DNA from: Psammoneis japonica
Taxonomy: Eukaryota
Reading direction: 5' to 3'
Length of the DNA stretch: 64,000 nt
Assembly (NCBI GenBank): GCA_008632985.1
Contig: QPGO01000065.1
Coordinates: 186,001-250,000 of the forward strand
The position numbers and the translations under genes are program-made. Numbering within the stretch: position 1 is the first letter of the stretch; each line of letters begins with the position of its first letter. Of the stretch, positions 12,209-25,558 are shown piece after piece. The notes beneath the pieces were generated by a model. The model did not search any database. It saw only the letters and a program-made list of their open reading frames with translations, and was not told where the DNA came from.

Positions 12209-15200
12209 TGCGCACATGTGTTGTGCATTGGTTGATGACACAACAGCATGTTGAGTGTTGTCTTGTTGCTGCAGCTTCAAGTTGCAGGTCACAGGCCTCC
12301 ATGACTGACACACCATGGTGCACTGCATCATTTCGCTGTGTCCGCCCATCCTCAGTCCTGGCTGTGGCTGTGGCCAGGACGGGTCAGAAGATGGTCAGAC
12401 ACGTGTGATCTCGAGTCAGAACCAAAGCTGTGTTCTGCCACATGCAGTGGGTCAAAATGACCCATTTGTCACAGAACATGGAATCCACTTGGGTTCTGGT
12501 GTTGAACTTGCTTCTGAGCACTGCCAGCACACAACCCAATGATCACAGCATGTGGAGCCTGCATGTGTTCTGGTGCTGAACTTGCCGTTGGAAACAGCGA
12601 GTGCACAATCTGCATGATCATGGCCGCAACTGCTGCCAGCAGTGTCAACAACAATTGTTGCTTCAATTTGAAGCCTTCGGTGCTGAATTCATGCAAAAAG
12701 AAAAGAACAGAAGGTGGCATTTGTGGCAGCAGTTCAACTCTTCCACCGGGGCTGGCTGGCAATGAACTGACTGTCTCAGCAGAATTTGCAGCAGGTGCTG
12801 CACAAGCTGTGATCAGCAAGTGGGCTGTGATCCAAGAAGGAATCTGGAATCTTGGAGGGGGTGGGGTTTGAAGGCGGAACACAACGTTGATTCAGACTCG
12901 CCAAAAAGGAGACAGGAGACACACCAAACACAAAAAAACCAGAAGACATGACCGAGAGTGGACCTGCAGACAATGGCCAGGGAGAGCAAGCCACGGGGGC
13001 CATGAGGGCATGCAAGAAGAAAAAGAGGACCAAGACAGAGAAAGAACAGTGCAGAAAGACAAATCTTGCAAAGAAAAGGGTGCAGAACAGGGAATGCCAT
13101 GAGTGAAACCGTCGCGGTGCAACTTTCTGGGTGGACAAAAGGACCCAGCCACTTTGAAGTCTGCCCCAAATGATGCAACTCTTTTTGTTTGCTGCGATGC
13201 TCTGAACAACTGGCGCGTGTTGCGCAACAAAGATTGCGCGCGATGATTGGTGACAGACAAGAGAAGTGAAATCACACACGACAACCGGATCGTGGCAAAC
13301 TCCGGACTCGGGCTCGAGAGTGAGTTCCTGGCACTCAAGTGCTTCTTGTTGCCCTGTGTCTTCCCCCGAGGGCAAGAAGAAAAAGTGACATCTGTCTTCT
13401 TCTTGCTGCCCTTGCTCATGTCATGTGCAGCACTGCGCATTTTGGCTGCAAGCTTTCTTCTGAGCTTCCACGCATGGGTCTGTGACATGCTTTTGCTGCT
13501 CAAACTGGAACCAGGATCAATTCCTGTGCTTTTGTCATTGTTTGAAAATGGATCAATCTGTTCACCTTTTTTAGACCCTCTTTCATGGAAGCCGCTGCAT
13601 CACCCGGGCCAACTCTCACATGGCAAGGCACTCTTCCTCTTCATTTGCAGCTCTTCATCCAGTGGGGCACTCTGCAATGACAGGGTTAGAGATGCACGCG
13701 ACAAGACAACAGTCTGCTTGTGTTGTGCGCAGACGCACCTCTGACTTGGCCAGTTTGTCCATTGACTCTTTATTCAGCAGGGCAAAAGTGGCGCCAAAGG
13801 GTCAGAGATGCATGCGATGTGACAACAGACTGCTGACAGTGTGCCCAGACGTGCAGCACCTTTGACTTGGCCAGTTTGTCAATGAACTCTTTGTCAAGCA
13901 GGGCACTCTGCAAACAGGTGTCAGGTGGATTCTGACACTTGTCACAATGCATGTGCTCCCTGCAGAAAAGTCTTGGCGAACGACAACGATTAAAACTTTT
14001 CTTCAAACAGACGGGTCACTTGGCACCATGAGCTGCACCTGCTCCTGAAATGTTCCAAATGTCCTTTTAAATGTCGACACAGCTCATTGCAGTCGGAATC
14101 GTAAACCCCGCATGCATTGCCTTGACTTCAGGAGGGCCACTTAGCCACTTCAACAACATCTTCTGCCACCAGCACAGGTTGGTCAATCATGATCGCAAAA
14201 TCCAGTCCACCACTCACTTCAACAGTCTGCTGAGAATTGGCTCCTTCGTGCCTGAGATTCTGCTCAAAGGTGTTCAGTTTGGCAACCATGCTTCAATTCT
14301 TGCAGAGAATCCAGCAAATGCTGACAGAACTGTTGGAAGAGAACGCGCCTCATTTGGTGTTCTGACAGCATCATTGAGAAGAAACAGCGCTCATCTGTGA
14401 CAGTGTCTTACGTGCCGCAGCGGTGCCTTTGAGCACGCAAGCAACGAGGAGTCTCTCGCTGCCGCAATCCTTGTCAATCAACTTGGCAAAATCCTTGATT
14501 CAATTTTTTTTGTTTGCATGCAATCATGATGCTGGCCAGATGACCCTTGTGAGCAGCAGGTGATTCGAATTCCTGCGATCCAAAGAGCGGTTTTCTTGGA
14601 CCAATCACAAACATTGGGACATTGCAGAAGATTTCAACACATTTCGCCACCCCCTCTGGGATCACAATTGGAGCACAACGCTCCTCAGAAGGCAGCACAA
14701 GCTTGCTCTTTTCTGTCATTCTCCTCCTCATTGCCTGTCATTTGCCATCATGCAACAGCCACAGCTGCCGCCGCTCATTTTCTTGACCTGAAGCTCTTGG
14801 GCAGGCTGAAGTCGTGATGTTTTCTTTCTGTTCATGAGTTGGGAACGCCTCAATCTACGAGCCTGATTTCGCATGCAAGAATGACACCTGGCAGTGCAAG
14901 AACCAAGCAGCGGACACGTGCGAGAATCTTTGTTCCTTGCATTGTGGAGGACAACAGCCAGCTTGCAGGCAGCACCACAGGCTGACGACTGCCGCTCGCG
15001 GTTGAAATCACTGCAGACGATCAACCCGTGCGATGCAGAGTGACGCCTTGACATTTCTGTCATTGCATGGTGGCAATGATGAATGCAAGCAGAAGACTTG
15101 AGTGCCCTTCCAAATGACAATTGACCACTGCCATGTGACAGGAGTTGGTGGTGCCACCATCACCATTCTGCTGGAGAACCGTGGCCCAAATGCATCTGCA

Positions 15201-15654
15201 TGCAAGACAAGTGAACTTTAAGACTGGCTGAAGTCATGTGGTTTTCCAAAGCACAGCAACTGCAAATTCGAGTTCAAGGAGACTTTCCCGACTCACTCTT
15301 CTGCCATCTTTCATTCTTTTGTCTCCCTGCACAATTGATCCATGCTGTGTGGACGTCAAAGTGGGCGCAATGATCCTCTTGAAGTTTGATCATGTCAATC
15401 CTTTGGCGTCATTTGCGATTTGCTCATAGAACGTTTGGGTTTGTTGACTGTTGTCAAAAAGTGCCTGTGAAAGCATGTTCCAGATGATCAACAGCGGCCC
15501 TGCACCTTCTGTGCCTTGTTCATCCGACACGAGGCTGTCCGCCCAGTCAAGCACGTCTTTCTCAGAGTGTCTGACTTTTTAACATCTTGATTGTGTCTTT
15601 TCTTTACGATCACATTGACAGGATGCAAATCAACTTGATTTCGATGATGATGCG

Positions 15655-16500
15655 GTGGGGGTTCTGAAGCCTCGTAGCTCTGATGGGGTTGCCACGACTG
15701 TTTGCACTCACCCTCCTTTCAATGCAAACCAAGCCAAGCTTCTTCGTGACACCAATTCCTCTTCTAATGTGGACAACTTCCAGATCAAGGGAGGAGCAAA
15801 AGAGTTTGAGTTTCGACATGAAAATCTCTTTGTCTGTGTCAAAGACCTCAAGGAGATGCCTTTGTCGAGGAGTTGGTGCATGCGGCACCCGGTCCAAGAC
15901 ATTGGAGACTTCTTGACACTTTGGAAATGTTCTCAGCAGAAGCGTCACACCGCATCAAACAACCTCAATGCAGGGTCAAGTCATTCCATTGTGTCTGTCA
16001 GTTGGAACTTGCTTTGGTGGCAGTCCATCAGGCTGTGTGGCAACTGGCACTGACAATGACTCGGTGGCCTTGGGTGGCGGACAATGCGGGCGAGGAGGTG
16101 GCTTGCATTCAAAGCCGAAAGAGCAGATGAGTCACCACGCAAATTGTTGATCTTGCTGGAAGTGAAAGACAAAAATGACTGACTCAGATGATGAACTTTG
16201 GCAGAAAGAAGCGGCAAGCATCAACTTGTCAATCATGTCTCTCGTGAGATGCCTTCCCTCCATGGGGAGCGAGCATCCGGCCCAAGGTTGTTTGCGAGAC
16301 ATTCTTCGATGCCGTGATTCAAAGTTGACTCACACTTCTCGAATGTGTGTGATTGTCAGCGTCAATCAAGCGTCAACGGACTTTGATGAAACGCAGCATG
16401 CACTTGCTCATGCCACCGATGCCAAGAATGTTCAAATGTCTCGTGAGGCATGTGCACTTGAACAAGAAGCATGCAATCAACAGTCACCTCAAGCTTGAGG
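15655..16500 (+). pseudogene. Degenerate kinesin motor-domain gene
   Basis: TASNNLNAGSSHSI (switch I-like), IVDLAGSER (DLAGSER at 16149-16169), EAASINLS, CRDSKLTH, CVIVSVNQASTDFDETQHALAHA; frameshifted. Confidence 0.85.
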
Positions 16501-16697
16501 CTGCTCCTGGATGTGACAGAATGGCCCTCAAGCGGGATGCTGCCCCAACGGATGAGACGAAACGCCCCAACAGGATTTCCAAAAAGCACACAATCAATGG
16601 TCACCTCAAGCTTGAGGCCACTCATCGACGTGACGGAACGGACCTGAAGTGGGGTGCTGCCCCAACGGATGAGACGAAACGCCCCAACAGGATTGCA
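16482..16697 (+). repeat. Imperfect tandem repeat, period about 120 bp
   Basis: gtcacctcaagcttgagg...tgccccaacggatgagacgaaacgccccaacaggatt occurs twice. Confidence 0.8.
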
Positions 16698-17539
16698 CGA
16701 CTTGCAGAGAGAACCAACCCCCCCCCCTCAAGAAGAAGCCACCACAAAGAAGGACATGTCAAGGAAACACGTGGCAGCGGTGGCGACAGGCAGATCGGAA
16801 AAGAGACCAAAACAGACAAGGCCTGCCATTGATGGCATCAAGAAACACAAGGCAGAACCACAGGGGAGCTGCTGACGTCACTGAGAGCAACGTGGGCAGC
16901 GTTTTACTCTTGGCTGGACTCAAACGCAAGTCTGCCAGCGAATCATCTGACAAGGACTTCAAGAGAGCTTGGAGGACATGCCTGTGGTTGCCAAAGCAGA
17001 AGCTGAAGGCCTGCAGTTGGAGAACGAGGTGGCTGCACATCAAACGACTCCTCGCATCCCAACGGAGTGTCGCCCAAATGCATTCTCGGCATTGACACAC
17101 ACACCACTCCCGGTTCCAGGGATGGTCGACTCCTGAGCTGAAAAGCCCAAACAAAAAGCTGCAGCAAAGTGCAAGAGTCAAACGAGGGAGCTTCTTCTGG
17201 AGGTGGACTTCCTTGCTGCCATCAGCACGGCTCCCATGCCGGACACACGACGCACTTGACATTTTGCTTTGACGCAGAGCTCCGAGGAGTCGCACTTGCG
17301 TTCACGCAGTTCCTCGGACTGCACCAGCTGCAGGTTTTCAAACATCCCTCTTGAGGTTCTCTTTTCAAGAATGCTTCATGTGAGCACCATCCAAGGAGTG
17401 TGGCTTCTTTTTCTTTTGCATGCTCAGAATTCAATTCACAGGAAAAATCCTTGTCGGACTCGTCGCTGCATTCCGTGCCCAATGCAGTGAAAAAAGCCTC
17501 GTGGGACACGTCTTTGTTCAACACAAAGGTCCAACCATC

Positions 17540-17990
17540 CGGACAAAAAGGACAAGCCCAGTGTTGGGTTGCTTTCCTGCTCGCAGATTTCAATTCTAAA
17601 TGACTGCCCCACAGGAAGACCCGGTGCAGGCAGAGCCTTTTCCTGCTCGTCAAATTCGCAGCAAAGCTAAATAAAGACAGACAGTCACAGCGAGTCGCGA
17701 CATCATCGCAGGCATGAAACCCCGTTGAGGCACCTCGCCATGTTGTTCTCAATGCATGGGATCGGAATGACACATCATCGTCAATCAACTCTCGTCGACA
17801 GAGTGCGCACCTTAGAAAACGAGCTTCGAATCACTGCTGTCCGAGCTGCTCATGTTGCTCAAACATGTGAGACACCATCGACAGTTCTCTGAACAAAGAT
17901 GAAAGCTCTGAAGCTGCTGCTCGACTTGAGTCGTACCGTAAAGCTTCGGCCGTCGTGAATTCGAAGGTTCATCATCTTGCTCTTCTTTCA
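17540..17990. repeat. Partly mutated paralog of about 20530-20790
   Basis: Shared ccacaggaagaccc, cccgttgagg and aagcttcggccgtcgtgaa segments. Confidence 0.75.
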
Positions 17991-18407
17991 CAGTAGAGAG
18001 GGAGAAGTTTTGAAAAATGTGAGTGGTTGGCAGGCGCGCATGATGACGTTTCACTTCAATTGACGGACTACGTACGTGCCGGTACTACAAAGGTCCATGC
18101 ATACAGTACATCGTCCGTCGGTTCGCAGAGAAAATCGATCCGTTGCGTAGGGCGTCGTACGAATTCTACAGTGCTGCTCCACACAGCATCATTGGCGTCT
18201 TTTCAGTCACCGCAAAAAACTCGATCGTTGCATTGCGATGTCATTGCGTCTCTCGCTCTTGTCAATCACTACTACCGACAATAGTCAACAGCAGCTGCTT
18301 GTATGCCAAGCTGCATCTCTCGTATAACAGCACCGAAAGAACGACCGATGATCAACGCTTACGTCATTATCAACCGCCGCAGAGTTGTTCGCACGCAACC
18401 TGTCAGC

Positions 18408-19890
18408 ATGACGCTCACCGTGGGAGATCTGCAACAACACGGGATATTGACGGACGCGCAGCGAGACAATATCGTTTCGGCCATTCGCAACGGTGAAACA
18501 TCCTATCTGGAGTATGATGCATGCGGGAATCCTATCTTTGGCAAAGATGGCAAACAAAAGAAGTCCTATGTTTCCCAGAGAAAACTCAGCATTGATGAGT
18601 CGTCCGGCGTTCTTCTCAAAAGCGGGAAAGTGGTTCCCTGGGTGAAAGTGAACGTCGAGGCGGGAATGGAAGCACCGGTGGATCCAGACTCAGGAAACCT
18701 CCTGAGTATTCTAGACAAAGCCTGGGTCGTCCACAAAGAATCTGGGCTGGAATTGGTTCTGTCGGGCGTAAACAGTTTTTCTTCTACACTCAAAAAGGTG
18801 ATTTATTTCACGAATGCAATTAAATTTCTCGAGCACGCCGACTACATGAACGACCTTCCAACGGATGAGGATCGCAAGAAGAAGGAGAAGGAGCAAAGAG
18901 ACGAAGACGAAGCACTTGACAAGTTTCTCCGTGAATTTCAATGGAATAAACGTCCAGTCGAAGAAGACCATGCGGCATTGGCCGAGGATACAAAGGTGCA
19001 GTCCGATCTTGTCTTATCTTTCCACTTATGCTGCACGTGGTCATCTCACTTCGGTGTTTCTTGCTCTCGTATAATTGACATAGAAACCTCCCGCGTCTGG
19101 CAAGAAGGTCGCGGTTGAGGGTAAAATGGTGAGTGCAAACAAACTAGTCGTCCACCTCTGTCAGCATATTTCTCACTATTGTCCCCTTCTTTATTCTCAC
19201 AGATTCCTCCTGCGTCGGCGAAGCGTGTTGCCTTCCGTGAGAATGACCGTAATGCTGGTGACATCGCCACTTTTCCAGGTATCGCCCGCACTGAAAGCGA
19301 AGATACAACGGCAACCATTGCTTCCAACATTTCAAGTGTTTCGACGCCGGGGGAATTCAAGGGTTTACCCGAATCTGCGAAGAAATCCGTCAAGAAGCTG
19401 ATGAAGAAGAGAAGAAGAGCGCCAACTCAACGAAGTGACGCGCCAACTCAATGCGCAGTATGAAGTGAACGCGGATCTAGCGGAGGCCAACAAATCGTCT
19501 GCCAAGACTGCGGAATTGCAAGCGGAGGCCACCAAAGTGGCTCTTGAAACCACCCAATCGGCTATTGAGACCGCCCAATCGGCTAACGAGATTGCAAAAT
19601 GGAAGCGGAGACCACCAAAGTAACAGTGAAGTCAGGTATGGAACGCATGAAGAAAGTGGCAGATGCCCTCCATACTGCCACCAACACGGCAGCTTCTGAC
19701 CGTGAAGATCGCAAGAAAGCGGAAGCCGAGTTGGCTGCTGCCAAAGAAGCGCAGAAAAAAGCGGAAGCCGAAGCAGCTGCTGCCAAAGAAGCGCAGAAAA
19801 AAGCGGAAGCCGAGGCGGCGGCTGCCAAAAGAGGCGAGCAAAGCAAAGGCCACTGAAGATGGCAGTGGTACAGAATCCTGCCGTTGACGA
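18408..19890 (+). CDS. Hypothetical protein with Ala/Lys/Glu-rich coiled-coil C-terminus; introns and frameshifts unresolved
   Basis: ORFs 18303..19118, 19179..19463, 19435..19623 and 19599..19856 read as one gene; three 42-bp KKAEAEAAAAKEAQ-type repeats at about 19713-19838. Confidence 0.55.
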
Positions 19891-20773
19891 AAACAGCGAA
19901 TAAATCATGCACTGCTGAAAATGGCGAAGGAAAAGGGAAAGGGTGAAGGGGTAAATTATAGTCTAGAATGATAATACTCTATAGAATAGAGGTATCAAGC
20001 TATCAAAGAGTTGCTCGATGACAATATCTTAGTGATAACACACTGATACGATACCTTACTCTACCGGTAGAGCACAAGGTACAATAAATGATGCGACCAA
20101 GTGAATACTAGTATCTTCAGTCTAGAGCAGGAGTTATGCAAAAAAGATGGTTCAGTTTCCAAAGTAGACAAGGAGCTTTCCATTGAAAGCAAAAGTTGTA
20201 GTAGAAAAACGTGTTGACGTGCTCCTGCCGAGCCACACTTTGCAGCTGCGGTGCGTTTACCCGATGACCTGAATCGTTCGTATCATCATCGTCGTGATGC
20301 TCTTTGCACAAGACCCTGACGAAAGCGCTGTAGCGCACTGCTCCTATCGATATTACTGCGGTCGCCCGTTTTGTTATTCCTGGATCGTTGGGTCATACCA
20401 TCGTTTGTTATTCCGGCCGGAGATCGTTTTTCCATTCCGATAAAAAGATGTAAAACAAATGGGGTCGAATCAACATTAACATCCTGCCGAAATGATTCTT
20501 GGCTTCCACTGAATAATGATGATTTCCATTCGGAGCAAAAAGGATGAGCCCAGTGCTGGGTCGTTTTCCGGACCGCTGGTTTCAATCCTAAACAACCATC
20601 CCACAGGAAGACCCGTAGAGTCTTTTCCTCTTCGTCAAAGCGGCAGCAAATCAGAAAAGAATAGATAGTCAGAGTTAGTCGCGATATAATCGTAGGTATG
20701 CAACCCGTTGAGGTATCTCGCCGTGCTGCTGCTCGATTTGAGCCGTGAAAGCTTCGGCCGTCGTGAACTCGAC

Positions 20774-20884
20774 CAATTCATCTTTCTTGCGATGCCCACA
20801 CTGCTCATATTTTTAGCAGCAGCAAAGTCAATTCATCTTTCTTGCGATGCCCACACTGCTCATATTGGTAGCAGCAGCAAAGTC
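20774..20884 (+). repeat. 55-bp tandem duplication
   Basis: caattcatctttcttgcgatgcccacactgctcatat starts at 20774 and 20829. Confidence 0.85.
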
Positions 20885-22400
20885 GAAGCCAATTTTGACA
20901 TATCGCAAGAGAATCGAGTAATGTCACTTGGCCGCATCCACCGACCTTTATTGCGTTGGGCGGCTTGGACCAAGAATGGCAAGCCCCTGTCTCTTTTCAA
21001 TACTGTATCTGGTTTCAACACGCAAAACTTCCATCCGGCACGGCCCTGTCGGTCTCGTCTTTTTCCAAATATCTGAGAAAGTTGGTACAAGAGAGAAAAG
21101 GTGCTCGCGGGACAGAGAAGATCCATACCCAGATGATAGCCAAACGCCATACCTTTTGCAGACAGACATACTTGCGGGTTTCGTGAGGTAGTCACAGCAT
21201 TTTTAGCATGTTTCGCATGTTTGACAATCGGGTACAAGGCAGAGGATGCATTGCAGCAACGCTGATTGTACAAGTCTCGCAATTGTTTCTTGCCACTTGG
21301 CAAGACACTCTCCAGCAATACCACCTCCTCTTGACTGACCCGCCATTTTTCGTCGTAGTCGCTCGTAGGCTTCCCTTGTGCACACTTCTTTGGCTCGTAC
21401 ATTCTCCAAGACATCCCCATCGTGCAAACGAATCTAGTAAAAAACACAACGAGAGTAAGAAAGAATGTAACGAGAGTGAGATTCGGAATCCCAACATTCA
21501 TCGCTAAGCCTTACCGATTGGCCCACCACCTCCCTCTCTTCTTCCTACTCCCGATCCCAAGGCGAGACCAACTCTCGGGCCTACAGGACCACCTCCGCCA
21601 AACCCGACAGTCTTGCCTACTCCAGATCCAACTCCGTAGTCGCCTCTTCCTACTCCCGATCCGACAGCGCGGCAAACTCCGGAGCAACAAGACTACATAC
21701 ACCAAACCCGACACCTTTGCCTACTCCAATCTGACTGGCCCACCTCTCCTCCCTCACTTCTTCCTACTCCCAATCCCACGGCGAGACCCTTTCTCACAAC
21801 TTACAGCAGGCAACAAACATCAATAAAACAAAACGGGAAATGTCCTTCTCGGTTGGCATGGGCTGTAGATGATGGTGTGTAGCTATCTGGAAATACAGGT
21901 ACATTCTCCACTGTCTCTCCTGTACCCTCTTGAATTTCACGAGTCGTCGGGAGACTTGAATAAGTGGGTGGGGGCGTGACGGACTGCACAGCGAGAGTTC
22001 GAGAGGACGATGCTGAACGTGTATCATGATTGACAGACGCGACCATTCCAGCTTGAAGCAGCTCTTTTTGTTGCATCGAACTCTCGATATAATCCTTGCA
22101 TATTTTTCTTTCCCAACGCTCTGCCACTTGTCCTACGAGTACTTGAAATCACGGTGAGGTTTGCTGAGCTTGATGAAATCACGGATTTTTCGATCCACGA
22201 TTTCGGAGTTGTTGGAACATCCAGTTACGGACTTTGGAAGTGACCCGAAAGTCCCAAAACTGAACAAACATGGATAAGCCACTGATACTGTATCGATTTT
22301 GGATCATTCAAATGAAGCTTCAAAAGCTTTGATTGGAGCTAATCGAGTAGCTGAGCGAGAATTCGATGAAAAATGAGCCGACACTTTGACAGCACCAATT
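20860..22400 (-). pseudogene. Disrupted hypothetical gene(s), family shared with the copy in block 1
   Basis: Protein-like minus-strand fragments with stops; three internal cttcctactccc repeats at about 21536-21790; homology to 11815-12208. Confidence 0.35.
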
Positions 22401-22856
22401 ATAGTCAGTATCGATCGTAAATCAAACAAGCGAAAATGCTAATATAAAGATACTTTAACGTATCGTGTGTCATCTCGTTATATTGTAGGTCGTATGGGCC
22501 TCCGCAACTCTAAACGCCATGGCGCAGCGCAGCGTTGTCCCTTTTAGGGCTACCGTACCGTACCGTATTCCTCGAGATATACTCTCCATCGTTTATCTTT
22601 GAATTTTTTTTGACACCTGTGGACAAACGGGACACTGCGTACTCCAGGGCGTAGATAGTACTGAGTGCTCCGTGGACAAGCGTAGCAAGGCGTAGTAGCT
22701 GTATCAAGTGCTTCACGAACGATGGGGAGTGAAAATCTCTCGCGAAAATTTGCGCGAAACAGGTTCTCAGCGTCTGTCAGTGACACCACCACCCATCATT
22801 TGCTCCCCCGCTCGTCTCCCATCTCGCGTCGCTCGCCCATCGCAAAACCATCAACC

Positions 22857-24088
22857 ATGACGTATGTGCTTTCAGCGGCGGCGCTCCTTGCATGGTGCCT
22901 GCGTCCATCACATGCTTGGATACCACCCAGTGCAAGATGGATAAGAAGCACGAGGCTGAATGCAGTCGAACCGAAACGCCCGGACATGGCAAACATCGAT
23001 CTTACGGGCGGCAGGCCGGGTGCAATCATAGAAACAGAAGAACAATTGGAACGCAAAGCGGAAATCCTGCAAGAAATTGAGGACGGAGTTCGCAAGTATC
23101 CTGCATGGATTGATGAATATGGAGATCCGGAAGAAGAAGGTGGTGCAGAATTTGATACGGACGACCCAGATGCGATTGATTCGTCAACCTTGGGTACGTA
23201 TGATATTTTTGATCTCAAATCCAAGTTTGATTACGAGTGGGATCCAGAAGCTGGAGATCCTGATCCTAACGACCTTAGTGACGAGTTGGAGTATGTAAAG
23301 GAGCCTGAAACTGATAAAGAAGGTATTGAGGTGTTGGTGGGATCCGATCTTTGGACCATCCAATCCGATTGACACCCGTACGATTGTTACACCCATCGAC
23401 TCGTACATGATTGCAGATGACACACGAGACGACACTATTCTCGAACCAGTTTTTCCTGAAAACGACTTGGAAATTGGATTCAACGAGGACGTTGTGAAAC
23501 TACGAAAATCGCTTGGTATCATTGACACCTACGTCGATCCGTTTCTTCCGGAATTGCAAGTTCCTCGTCACGTTGCTACTTGGCACGGATACCCCGAGGC
23601 CTTGTCCTATCCAGAAAAGAACTACACCAACAATCGATTCACCAAACCAGAAGACATGACAGATTTCGACTCTATGACTCCTCATCGCGCTCGTCAACGT
23701 GCCGTTGAACTGGCACGATCCAAGAATTGTGAGTGGCTGCCCGAGGGCAAGTCATTGGAATACCACAAGGCTCAAAGACAGCCATACGAAGACTACGGGA
23801 CCCTTGTGGGTACCTTGAGAAAGGGAAAATTGACCAGGCATTGGTGCAAGAGATTCAGCCTGTACTTGATGTGTTGGGGAGCTGTGCCGAATTGTTGGAG
23901 ACCATTGATGGAACTATATTTAGATTTCATTACCACGGATTGATGAAGAACAAGGCTGGTATGGCGGCTTGGACTGAATCCATGATTCGTGATGCTGGAG
24001 TAGAATGCACTTCTGTCATTTTTGAAACCGGCTTTCGAAACGAGACCCTGCCTATGATGGAGGGGATCCGTGGTTTGGGCCTTACTAG
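22857..24088 (+). CDS. Hypothetical protein, probably plastid-targeted; 3 apparent 1-nt frameshifts
   Basis: Signal peptide MTYVLSAAALLAWCLRPSHA followed by W, resembling the diatom bipartite presequence. Overlapping ORFs 22722, 23326 and 23733 join; at least two shifts fall at A runs; ends DPWFGPY*. Confidence 0.7.
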
Positions 24089-24299
24089 AATACTCCTAGC
24101 TGGTGACTCAGTAACAACACTACTCGAAGCAGCAGACGAATAATTATTGTAAATCTGACATTAGGATTATGTCACTAGACTTGTACTCTAGGTTTCGCGC
24201 AAGTGAGACGACTTTCCAATACAGAAATCTGCAAAGAGAATGTGGAGAACACCTTCAACGTCGACAGCACCTCTCCTCATTTTTGATTTTCCATAACAT

Positions 24300-25516
24300 C
24301 AAAGCTGTCGTTGATGTTGAATCGTCCAAAAGGCTCACAAAAAAGTTGAAGCTGTCTCAAGCTGGCCCTTGAATTCTGTCTGCAAGGCCTGTTGCAAGTG
24401 AGGCAGCAGACAGGAGAAAAGTGCAGGCATTTTCAAAGAGTGTCTGTGGCCACTTGGCTTCTCTGATCGCTTTTTGGCTTCCACTGCCATTTTGAAACAA
24501 AAGGAGTTGTGGGGAGAAAAGGGACAACAGTTGGTTTTTTTAGACAAAATCCCAGCTTGCTCCACAATTGCATGGCAATGGCACAAACAGGAGCCAGTCT
24601 CCTTGGTGCTTTCCACTCAGTGAGCAGCTGACACACTGCTTTGTTGTGGGTGTCATTGGAGCCATTCTTCTGAGGGGCACTGAACCAACAGGCTGACTTT
24701 TGGTGGCAAGCTTGAGGTCCTTTTAAAGCTCTTTTTCATGCACATGTTGCATGACCAAAGCGCACCTGGCAGGAGCTGAGACCAGAGAAGAAAAACTGCT
24801 TCTGTGTCTGTGGGGCCAGTGTGCCCCATTGAAGACAAGCTGCAAGCTGCACAAGACACACAATTGTGGACATTTGATGTTTCATGGTCATGCTGCTTGG
24901 GACTCCCTGTTTCTCTGGCAGGTCTTTTTGGTGGTGCAGAAGTCACATTTTTGCCTCAGCATGAATCCAGTGTTTTGAGCCTTAAAAGTGCAGAGCAAAA
25001 CAAGCAAAAGTTCAACAAGTTTGACAGCCAGTGGCTCTCACACAGAGATGAGGATCAAGCTCACAGCACCAGCATGCAACATTGTGGTGGGACATTGTGG
25101 GAGGACAAGTGTGGGCTGCCTCAGCAATGGGGACAACAAGCACAGCTGGACAAAGGCAGCCCCCCCCCCCCACCCACCCACACATGTTCCTTGGGGATGC
25201 AAGATCACCAAAAATCTTGAGAAGGAGCCCTCATGAGCTCAACTTGTTCAAGCCACTGTTCAAAAAACTCTGGAGCAACAAAGTTGTGCAGAAGCAGTGC
25301 CAGGGCCCCAGAAAAGTGTCTGGAATTTCATTGTTTTTTGACATCCCTGGTGCTGATTCTGTGATGAATTTCCACTCAGTGACATTCTAGACTTTTTTGG
25401 CATTTCTGCTGAGGCCCTGGCACTGCTTCCATGCAAGTTTGTCATTCCAGAGTTCTTTGTCAGCTGGCAAACTTGCTTCATTGGCACTTGGCAACAAACA
25501 AGCCAACTCTGTTTCT

Positions 25517-25558
<42 letters not shown>

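Larger units (their letters stand above)
9300..17810. other. TpA-depleted and CpG-reduced hypermutated block 1
   Basis: TA is nearly absent over 8.5 kb, TG/CA is in excess, and ORFs in all frames almost lack Tyr. Confidence 0.9.

Noticed and set aside
9300..17810. Dense overlapping ORFs in all six frames within this and the other blocks
   Set aside because: Loss of TpA removes TAA and TAG stops, inflating ORF length; translations are Tyr-poor, Cys/His-rich and not real genes.
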